Origin: Neoechinorhynchus agilis
Taxonomy: Eukaryota; Animalia; Acanthocephala
Direction: 5' to 3'
DNA length: 64,000 nt
Assembly: GCA_051530055.1 (NCBI GenBank)
Contig: CM121342.1
Coordinates: forward strand, 3,905,489 to 3,969,488
Numbering within the stretch: the stretch's first letter is position 1; every line of letters begins with the position of its first letter. The position numbers were made by a program, and so were the translations under genes. This document shows, in pieces, positions 1 to 9,450 of the stretch. Under the pieces are notes generated by a model, which saw nothing but the letters and a program-made list of their open reading frames with translations, was not told where the DNA came from and made no database searches.

Positions 1-769
1 CGAGCGAGATTATCGAGTACGGAATTACCAGGAAGGCCGACAAGACGTTTACTACAATCGCGACACGGAACAGAGCCGAAATAGAAACTTCAGTAAATCA
101 CGGAGCTTTTACAGTAGAAGATAATGTTGAAAAGCCGACGATTATGGTCTTATTACAAAAACGTTATAAATGCTTTATTTGTGCTTTTGTTTTAAAAAAA
201 TTATAAAGTTTTACTTATAATTCTATTGAAAGTGAAGTGGGCATTGGAACCGTGCCTCGATTTTCATTAAAATTCGGTAAGTAAAAGCAGACATCTTGGC
301 ATGTATTTACTTTGAACCAAGCTTATTTATGCAGCAAATATTAATATTTACGCTTAAGATAATGAAAGTCTAGAGTAAATCGACTTCATTTGTACGAAAT
401 TCATTACTTAAAGCTCATTTAGAGAATTTTCAGTGGTCGTTGATACTTCTAAATAATCGTTTAATACATCTCTCATGATCTCAATATTCTGAAGTTCCAT
501 TATCCACGGCAATAAAAAATTCTAATCCATGCAGTTGACCAGTGTTATTTACTTGCGGACTGATTTAAAATGGCCGCAGAGCTAACGGATTTTTAAGTTT
601 TTCAAATCTTTTTTAGTTCTATTTTTCGCGAAAAATCTTGATTTTTCGTAATCCTATGAATATGATCTTTTTTGTATTTGTTTGATAGTTAGGTCTAGCT
701 GGTTAATTCGCTCTCAGAAAATAAAATTCAGGGTTTTAATCAACTAACCGAAGGAAAAAATGTGAGAGC

Positions 770-1300
770 TCGAATGGTGGCGGGCTCAAATATCCAGCTA
801 TTTCATCGGGCCGTAGCAGTACCTTTTGACATTGTATCGCGGAACATATTTGAGCAGTTGCTTTTCGATTTAAAGAATCCATCGACGCAGAAAAACTCGT
901 AATTTGGTTTGGAATTTACTTGAAACATAAATTTAAAAAAGAATTGCTGGCACTGATTCCAACGCAAAATTTAACAAACGGCAACGATACATAAAAGACA
1001 CTGAAGGAATTTTTATCAAGCAATGATAACTATATGAGAAAGTTCTTATCGATCAATAATGTTTGGACGGAGAAAAGGCCAGATTGTGTTTTCCGAGCTT
1101 ATCATTGTATTATTCACCAGCAAACTTTGTATTAAAAACTTAAAGATGATAACCTGCAAAATATTATGTCTATTGTTGTTAAAATTGTAAACTTTATGCA
1201 AATCATTTAAATCACAAGCAGTTTTGAGACGTTGCTACAAGAATACGATAGCAATTATAGTGATTTTGTTCTGCGTGCCAAGTTCGCAAGCTGAGGAAAG
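770..1300 (+). mobile_element. Decayed hAT (Charlie/SPIN-like) transposase fragment
   Basis: Broken frames give HCIIHQQ (~1103) followed by NIMSIVVKIVNF...TLLQEYDSNYSD, matching the hAT HCxxHQ motif and the following helix; multiple stops and frameshifts. Confidence 0.7.
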
Positions 1301-2378
1301 ACTAACATCAAGTTGAAAAAGCGAGTGTTTTTGACGGACGAACTGATTTTATTGATTTCTTTAGAATTGTTCGCATGGCCGCCAGAGCCAACGGATTTTT
1401 TAAGTTTTTCAAATCTGTTTTAAGATTTGATTGTTCATGGCGGAAAATGTTAAGATTTTTTTAGCCGCGAATAAAACACTTAACCAACCTTGATAAAGGC
1501 ACGATATTGCTCTCTTTTATTTTTCCGCCATTTATAAACAGTGATAACATGGTTATTAAAGTACTAGATTTCGGTTTGAAACAATTTGTACAAAAAAGAT
1601 ACAAGAGTATCAAAATCCAATTTTAATTCGTAAAATCATCTCTAGAGCTATTTAGCAAAGCTTAAATAAAATGTAAACTTTTGGAGCGAAAACTCTCACT
1701 GCAGAAAACAGCTTTCTAACTTTCACTTCTATCTCGAAACAATTTACAATGACTAACGAGGCGAGGTTATCTCGCGAAATATCTCAATTAAATAAAAACG
1801 TATGTTCTCCAAGTGTTTACAATGATTAACCCGAAGGATTTTCAATCGATGCTTAAATAAAATGTGTCTCTTAATGCCTGAGGTCGACAGCGTGAAAAGC
1901 GACCCTCCAGGAGTGCTCTTAAGAGCGCAATATGAAATGGGAGGATCAAGTAGTAAGTGTCTTGAACGTTTGATTTTTTTACCTTTTTTAATGTGTTCTT
2001 TAAGGAGGAGTTAAAGCAAAAATGCTGCTGTGTTTTTTTGATATTAAGATTTGTAAAAAATGTCGTGGATTTCATTGTCAGTCGAAGACCTTCTAGAAAC
2101 CGAAGATTTGGTTAACTGGGCGATAAAGATTTTATGGAGTTTTATAATTAAGCTTAAGCCATTCACATGGCTCTGAATGTTTATCAAGAACTGTACAAAA
2201 TAAGAAATGTCATCAGCTATAATTATAAGATTAATGATATGGGAATCCTTTATCCGCTTGAAAATATAAATCATACTAGTTTAAAATAATGTATCGGAAA
2301 GCGGTGATCTATGCGGGACACCGTACGTCAAGTAAAACTGGGAGCAAGTAGCATCAGCTTCATAATAAAAATACGTAA

Positions 2379-2908
2379 ATGGCATCATGCCAAGAGAAAT
2401 TTCCGATCGGTTCGGTTGTATGCCTAAAAAGGAAAATAAGCCGATTCCGCTCTCTCGACAACGTCTACTCTCTCAATGAATCAATGAACAGTGAGCGGCA
2501 CTTGACTAACTATTCTGCTTTTATTGATGTCGTACTAAAGAAGTGCTTTGAACGAGTTACTGAAACTCTAAAGGACTCATTAATTGAAGAGATGAGCACA
2601 GTTAAGAATATATTAGCGAAAGCTATTCAGTGCGAAATGGAAACTCTCAAAAATGAACAGTTTATCGAAGTCAAGAAATGCAAAAGGAAAAAGCTAAGGG
2701 CTCAAAGAGGAAGGCAAAGATTTCAAAGGCGAATTCTAAGAAACAAGCTAAAGGTTTACTGAAATCGGATAATGAAGCTTCCACGAAGGAAAATAAGGTT
2801 TTGGTAGATCTCATCAGTATGCCAAACTCAAACGAAGATTCGTTGGAAACGAGTGGTGTTCAAAAGACTGCAGATATTTCGACAATGACAATCCCTTCTT
2901 CAGTTTGA
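2379..2908 (+). CDS. Hypothetical protein (two overlapping ORFs, Lys-rich C-terminal part); converges on and overlaps the SerRS 3' end
   Basis: ORFs 2379-2762 and 2678-2908 in different frames; no recognisable domain. Confidence 0.25.
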
Positions 2909-4305
2909 TGATTTTCGAGAATAGCACACATTGTACGAGTAGTGGCACACATCGTAGCATTCAACATATGAACGTATTCGACAGCAGGAATGGGGCCGCC
3001 GCTAACAGTACTCTTTTTAGTTTGTCCAAATCGAACTTTAAGACGTCGCGATTGATAGTCCGTACAGTTTGAACAACTAACGAGTTCTCTAAAGGTTCCA
3101 CTTCCTGGAAATTCGGCTTCCAAATCGTACTTCATCGCAGCAGCATTATTTAATTCCCCGGATACAATATTAACTATTCTATAGGGAAGGCCAAGTGCTT
3201 GAGCGAATTTCTCTGAATGTTCAATCATTCGATGAAACATTGGCCAACTGTCTGAGGGCGACGTTATAACGAATTGTTCGACCTTTTGGAACTGGTGAAC
3301 GCGAAAAATCCCACGAGTGTCTTTTCCATGACTACCAGCTTCTAATCTAAAGCACGGACTTATTCCACAGTACTTCACAGGGAGAGTTTGAGGAGAAAGC
3401 CATTCATCACGGTGAAAAGCAGCGATTGGTTGCTCACTTGTAGCAATCAAATATTTTGTATGATCGTCATTTTCGTCCGTTGAACCAGCAGTAACTTTGT
3501 AGAGCTCTTCATCGAATTGACTAAGCTGTGCGACTTCCTGCATAATTGATCTTTTTATCATTATTGGAGTAGATAGACATTGATATCCGTCGTCGAGGAG
3601 AATTCGAGAAGCGTATTGAACGAGTGCTTGTTCAAGAAATACCAATGGGCCTTTTAGGAAATATCCACGGGATCCCATCACTTTCTGACCGCGTTCATAA
3701 TCAACTCCATCGATCAGTACACAAAGATCAATATGAGACAAAAGTTCAGTTGGTTGATTTCTCCTTGGTTCAGGTTTAAACGTTCGTTCGATTCGATTGT
3801 TTTGTTCATCGTTACTGATGGGCACTTGAGGGTGGAGAAGATTTCCTATTTCGTTGAAAGCAGCATCTCGTTCGGCCTCTAACTCACTAACATCTCGTTC
3901 GGCCTCTAACTCACTAACTCGTTGTTTACTTTTCGCGATTTCATCGTCTACTTTCACACTGATTGCACGAATGTCATCCCTTGAACATAGAGACATTTGT
4001 TCAAAACTCAAAGAAAGGATATCGTCAACCGAAAGAGGTTCCTGTCCTTTAATCTCTGCTTTATTTTTCATTCGTTCCCGAAAAGCTCGACCGCACATAT
4101 TCTTCTTTTTATGCCAGTTGTCCAAACGAAAACGCTCTTTTCTCCATTGATCATCTTTCTCGAGCACTTTGTCTACTAAGGCAGTTCCTTTATACCGATT
4201 GATTTCCGATTGACGGACCAAATCGGGATCTCCTCCTTTATCCTTGCGAAGAATGTCTAGATCCAGAACCATCTTAAAAGTGGTCTCTTTCGGCAAAAAT
4301 GCCAT
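2860..4305 (-). CDS. SARS1: Cytosolic seryl-tRNA synthetase (intronless ORF, altered C-terminus)
   Basis: MVLDLD start, YLIATSEQPIAAFH, motif 2 CFRxEAGSHGKDTRGIFRVHQF, ELVSCSNCTDYQSRRL, motif 3 HMLNATMCATTRTMCAILEN. Confidence 0.95.
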   Translation of the reverse strand: MAFLPKETTFKMVLDLDILRKDKGGDPDLVRQSEINRYKGTALVDKVLEKDDQWRKERFRLDNWHKKKNMCGRAFRERMKNKAEIKGQEPLSVDDILSLSFEQMSLCSRDDIRAISVKVDDEIAKSKQRVSELEAERDVSELEAERDAAFNEIGNLLHPQVPISNDEQNNRIERTFKPEPRRNQPTELLSHIDLCVLIDGVDYERGQKVMGSRGYFLKGPLVFLEQALVQYASRILLDDGYQCLSTPIMIKRSIMQEVAQLSQFDEELYKVTAGSTDENDDHTKYLIATSEQPIAAFHRDEWLSPQTLPVKYCGISPCFRLEAGSHGKDTRGIFRVHQFQKVEQFVITSPSDSWPMFHRMIEHSEKFAQALGLPYRIVNIVSGELNNAAAMKYDLEAEFPGSGTFRELVSCSNCTDYQSRRLKVRFGQTKKSTVSGGPIPAVEYVHMLNATMCATTRTMCAILENHQTEEGIVIVEISAVF

Positions 4306-5039
4306 TAATTCATTTACGTACTTTTTCAGAAAGTTTCGTTTTCCCGTAAATAAACGAGAACATTACGAGTTTTTTTGTCCTTTGGCGTTACTCCAGCTCA
4401 AATTGTAGAAAACTTACAAACAGTAAGTATTGGCGATTAGCTAAAGCCCAATGACGACCGAAGATGCGATTGCATCTCAGAGGGCACATTAAAAAATGAA
4501 AGATAATCGGTGGAAGGCTTTTATAGAGTTGGAGGAGTTTATCTTTGTTAAATTCGAAAACAATGAAATCATTCGGATCGAAATGCCCGTTCTTTTTCGG
4601 TTGGTCGAAACCAAAGTGCACCAAGGGAATCGTTTTTAATTGGAAGGATTTTCGTTAAATTTGGTTTTGGGCGTTTGGGTTTTAAAATTGATTCGATTTA
4701 TTGATAAACTGCGGACTGAAGTTAAATAGAAGCCATCCCTTATGACTCCGCATTTGTTACTAAATTAGATGTTGTCAATGAAAATCCATTAGTGCCACAA
4801 AAAAAGTCTTAAAATGATTCTAATCTTACTGTGGATGAGTATAATAATGTGACTGGGATAAAAGGTAACGATAGGAAAAAGAAAATGATCCAGCTGAATT
4901 AATTACTATGAAAGCTACGGTCGAACAAAAAGTCCAAGCAACACCTGAACAGAAACAAAAGCAAAAGGAGGAGCTCCGCCAAAATCAATCAACCATTCGA
5001 TTCGTTTCGGTAATGATACTCCTCCACCTCGGCCATCAT

Positions 5040-5410
5040 CCCCCGTTGCTCTGAATTCGACCCTTCGCATCATGCACTCATCCATCGAGGATAGAAATCA
5101 CACCATATTTATTTCTGGTATGCCGGAAGCCCCCGTCGCTGATGCACAAAACCGCCACCAAATCCTTCGAACCGGTCAACTCCTTTTCCCCGACATTCAC
5201 TCCACTATTCCTCCCCCATTAACAGTTATGCGCCGTCCACCCAAAAATTCCTTTAACCCGAGACCACGTCTCCTCAAAGTAACTTTTATTTCACCATTCG
5301 TAGCCTCCCTCTTTCTTAACAGGAGATACAAACTCCTCAATTTTCTTTTCGTATCTATTCACATAAGAACGCATCACAAAATCTTTCCACATGCCCTCCA
5401 AACTTAATCC
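5040..5410 (+). mobile_element. L2/CR1-like LINE ORF1 fragment
   Basis: RNHTIFISGMPE...RPRLLKVTF resembles the LINE ORF1 signature (xxxIISGLPE...RPRxLKVxF). Confidence 0.6.
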
Positions 5411-5599
5411 AGAATTCATCTTCCAATGTAATCCTTCACTCCTAAAAAAATCCACGAACATCTTTCCCATCCCATAAAAAACGAAGAATAAGCAACTTTC
5501 CAGTTTCTTTGATTACGTGCAACACCACTGGCGCCCGAATAACCACAAAGGTCAATCTCCGACTTGATGTTACTGATTCTTGTCGGTCACGTAAAAGAA

Positions 5600-8345
5600 G
5601 CAGCTCCGGCGGCCAACGCAGGGTCGGTGTGCCGCTCCACTTGGTGATGCGGCAGCGAACAGAAGAAACAAAATCCACCAGTGCGACGGAAAAAGCGAGC
5701 GCGTCGTAGCTCTCGCCAACGACTTGAGCGTCGAAATGAGCGAAACTGTCGCCGGAGGCAACGAAAGAGTCGGTCGAAGTTCATCACCGTGGTGGGTACG
5801 GACTGTTCAGGTGGCGCTGACAGTCGTGAGCCCTTTGGCCCAGCAATTTCAGATAGAAGAGGATTACGAATCGGATCCTTGAATTGTAGGAGTCTGCGAG
5901 CGCAATGGCGTAAGAGAACCCTGGCCAAATTGCAAGGGACGCAAAAATGGATCTTGTGTTTTTATAAGAATTGCGCATAAGAGGCCAGTCAGACACAGAC
6001 GTAAATCAGGAGGATTTAGGAGGTCTGCGGTCAGTCGAGGAAATGGAGGTGTAGGCGTTTGTTTGTCACCCTGCCTCCGAAAATCAGCACTATGCAGTAT
6101 TATAAATGACCGAATCCTTCGTGTCAGCATAAAGCTTCGGTCGGGAAATCTCTATGCTTTTGGCGTATATTCACCGACCTCCTCGTCGGATGAAGAGGCG
6201 GCTTAAGGATTTTACGGAAATCTAGCCGAAGCATTAGATGATGTACCGAACAGAGACACCCTCCTAATAGCCGGTGACTTCAACGCGATTTTGCGGCATT
6301 CCAAAAGATCGCTGTGTGGAAAGGCGAGAATCGGAACGGCCAGTACCTGGTTGAGGCGCTGGAGCGGCATGATATCGTGTCTGTTAACACTTTATTCCGG
6401 AAGCGTCCGTGGCGTTTGGCGACGTTTATGGGTCAAAAGAATCCGTCCAAACATGCCACTGGGAAAAAATCCCAAGAGACGCTTAGCCAAGCTTGACAAT
6501 ATATTGTTGAGACGTAGGGAAAATATCAGGTCAAAAACGCTGACACATTCACAGTTGATGGGCTGTTAGCCGACCACAAGTTGGTGATGTGTCACTTGAG
6601 CATGAGTGACTCGTTGTTCCGTACGCCTCAGCAAGCTCCACGTCAGTTCTATGGCGCCCTCGCTAATGATGAAAAGAAGACAGAGTTCGATATCGAACTA
6701 GAGAATCAACTGAGCTCGAAGCCAGCTGCTGAAACGGATATTGATTTTTGTTACAAGTCAATCTGTGACGCAGAGACCGAAGCGGCCGAGAAAACCCTCC
6801 ACAAATGAGGCGTATAGAAGCTGCAAAGGTTATATGGCAGGAGGACTGTGAATTTATGGCAATGGCTGAGCAGATCAAAACTCTAAGAAAAAGAGGAAAC
6901 GATCTGAGGCTCGCATTGCAAGTCTTGAACTTGCCAACCTCTATAATGAAAAGCAAAAGGCTTCGATAGAGGATGCAGTTCGCGGGATCGCATATAAGGA
7001 AGGTTTTGCTCGTACCACCTTAGCATAGAGAGCGATAAACACTCTCACAGGAAGATCCCAAAGACAGCCTACTTTGATTGAAGGTCCTTCCCCGGAAATC
7101 AGAAAAAAGAGAATCGCAAATTATTTTGCGGGAATTCTCAATTCGCCATTATCGTCTTTGGAAGTGAGTCCTGCACTTCCAAAAGGCACAATCTTCCCAA
7201 GCACTGAGGCATACTTCACTGGACCGATTTCCGTGAAGGAAGCGATCGCTGCGGCGAAAATGATGCGTGCGGGACGTGCATCAGGCCCGAGGTTTGAATC
7301 TATTGCCAGAAAAATCATACCGATAATGAATGGCATAATGAATGGTGGCGCAGTACCTCAAATATTGCAAACAGTGCATTAAACAATGATCCCCAGGAAA
7401 TGCTGCTCGACGAGGTATATCCTTCATGTCCAACACGGCAAAACTTTTCAGCAGCATTTTGAGACGCCGATTTCAGCCAATCCTCGAACCGTTTCTAAGA
7501 ATTGAACAGAACGGCTCCAAGCAAGCTCGAGGCACCACAGGGCACATATTGGCTTTGAGGAGGATCCTCGAGGAGGCACGAATTCATCAGACGGATGTGA
7601 CGCTGGTATTTGTTGATTTCCGTCAAGCTTTCGATTCGGTAAATCAAACGATGATTGGCGGTATCTTAAAGGAGTATGGAGTGTCGCCGATCATTGCCAC
7701 ATCCGTTATGGCATTATATAAAAACACAAGGTCCGCCGTCAAGACAGCTGACGGTTTTACAGAATACTTTTCCACTACTTCAGGTGTTCTGCAGGGCGAC
7801 ACATTGGCTCCTTTCCTCTTTATCTTGGTACTTGATTGGGTAATGAGATGGGCACTACCGAATGATGAAGATGGATTTCTTCTGTTGAGGAAAAGAAGTC
7901 GCAGGTATCCTGAGATACGCGCCTCCTACATGGCATATTCCGACGACATAGTATCGATGCCCTCAACAGTCGAAGAAGCTCAACGCGTGCTAAATGGACT
8001 GTGCGAGAGGGAGAGTATGATTTGTCTGACCATCAACTCGAAAAAGACGGAATTCTTGACGATTCCGCATGTCGCGAATACAGTCTCTGGCGAAGGGCCG
8101 AGTGGCGTTGGGCAATTGAAACAGATAGAGCGGTATTTCTATCTGGGAGCTGTCGTTCCTGAGGTGAGTGCGGATGTCAGCCGACGGAGAGCTATAGCTT
8201 GGAGAGCAATGGGGCAACTTAAACAACTGTTTGACAGTGAGTCTTTGCCAGATGAACTCCGTTCGCAGCTGTTCAGGACCCTAATTTAGAGCATTCTCTA
8301 CTACAATGCAGAGACCTGGACACTGTCACCAACGGCGAAGAGGCA
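5600..8345 (+). mobile_element. Degraded RTE-clade non-LTR retrotransposon (APE endonuclease plus RT), 3'-truncated
   Basis: LRIGSLNCRSL, VYSPTS, LLIAGDFNA (APE); ORF 7426-8289 with FVDFRQAFDSV, GVLQGDTLAPFLF, YSDD, YLG; AETWTL just after; several stops and frameshifts. Confidence 0.9.
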
Positions 8346-9199
8346 CGATACCTCCCTTAATCCACCAACAGCAACGAACAATGCAACCGCAATCTCCCTT
8401 ACTACCGCCCCCGTTTTCCCGAAATCCAAAATTCCCTTCCCCACCGTTTTCTACTCCAATACTCGTAGCTTCCTTCCCTAAACTAGATGAAATTTCACTC
8501 ATTTCATCTACCTCAAAAGCCTACGTAGTCATCTTAACAGAAACGTGGCTTACCCCCTTTAACAGCGATTCAGCCCTCCTTCCCGGGTACACTTCCTTCC
8601 ATACATACCGCGAGTACCGTCCAGGAGGGGATCTCCGATTGCAAACTCTACAGAATGAGCATAATGACTATCAGGCTTTTAGAAGTTCAACAGTTGCTAG
8701 TTTAGACGTTCAAATTGCAGCTTTAAAAGAGCAAATCGCCAAAGTAATTATTGATAAAGACGAACAACGACAAGGAAACGATAACATAGAGTTTGAGCTA
8801 CGAACATACGCTCAACTTTTGAATTCAGAACGATCACGATTGCGTCGTTTATCAGGATTCGACGCTGAAAAGACTGCAAGGAACGAAGAAAAGGACGAAT
8901 CGATAATGAGTGTCAAAGGTGAAGAGCAAACAAGTGTAGAAGAAAAGGATTCTTCTTTTATTCAAACAGTTACAGTTACAAGAACCAAGACTCAAGATAA
9001 TTTTGATGAAGTCATTTTGGATTGTAGATGTGGTGTTATAAATGTGGTTTCGTCGGACACATCTGAATTGATCCAATGTGCGGATTGTCAAGGTTGGTCT
9101 CATTGTGCTTGTTATAATATTCGCAATCCGGGCGAACGGAAACGAAGACGATTCTATTGTCAACCTTGCTATAGACAAGCGAAACGAACTAGGATATGA
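8306..9199 (+). CDS. Chimeric ORF: LINE endonuclease fragment, coiled coil and C-terminal PHD finger
   Basis: C-terminal CRCG...IQCADCQGWSHCACY...FYCQPC fits the C4HC3 PHD pattern; heptad-like region LQTLQNEH...LKEQIAKV. Confidence 0.55.
   Translation: MQRPGHCHQRRRGTIPPLIHQQQRTMQPQSPLLPPPFSRNPKFPSPPFSTPILVASFPKLDEISLISSTSKAYVVILTETWLTPFNSDSALLPGYTSFHTYREYRPGGDLRLQTLQNEHNDYQAFRSSTVASLDVQIAALKEQIAKVIIDKDEQRQGNDNIEFELRTYAQLLNSERSRLRRLSGFDAEKTARNEEKDESIMSVKGEEQTSVEEKDSSFIQTVTVTRTKTQDNFDEVILDCRCGVINVVSSDTSELIQCADCQGWSHCACYNIRNPGERKRRRFYCQPCYRQAKRTRI
8345..8630 (+). mobile_element. L2/CR1-like LINE ORF2 5' (APE endonuclease) fragment
   Basis: NTRS-LPKLDEIS...VVILTETWL...LPGY; the same sequence family occurs reversed at 35408-35600 and 37395-37950. 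Confidence 0.75.
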
Positions 9200-9317
9200 T
9201 TGTGCCATTTTAACTACAAAATAACAAAAAACTGAGCTTTTATTTTTACTGGCAAGCCGGTTTGTTTTCATTTCATCATTGAATATTTTTTTAGGCATAA
9301 AGCCAAACCTTGCGGGG

Positions 9318-9432
9318 TTAAAAGTTTGTACATTCCTCCGAATTCTCAGATACCTCCCGGAGAGAAGGCGGGACTCATCAGTGAGTTTCCTACTCCCTTC
9401 AACGAGGTAGTTCGTCCCCTTTTGGTTGTGAG
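9318..9432 (-). mobile_element. Inverted 3' half of the tRNA-derived SINE
   Basis: Reverse complement matches the 3' half of the array unit (ggggacgaac-tacctc...ctcactgatgagtccc...gaggtatctgag) and the 3' tail ggaatgtacaaact also seen at 11341. Confidence 0.85.
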
Positions 9433-9450
9433 TGTCATCGGCGACCGCTG

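Noticed and set aside
5600-5680. HDV-like ribozyme at the RTE 5' end
   Set aside because: Only a tgccgc/gcggca hairpin is visible; I could not assemble the nested double pseudoknot.
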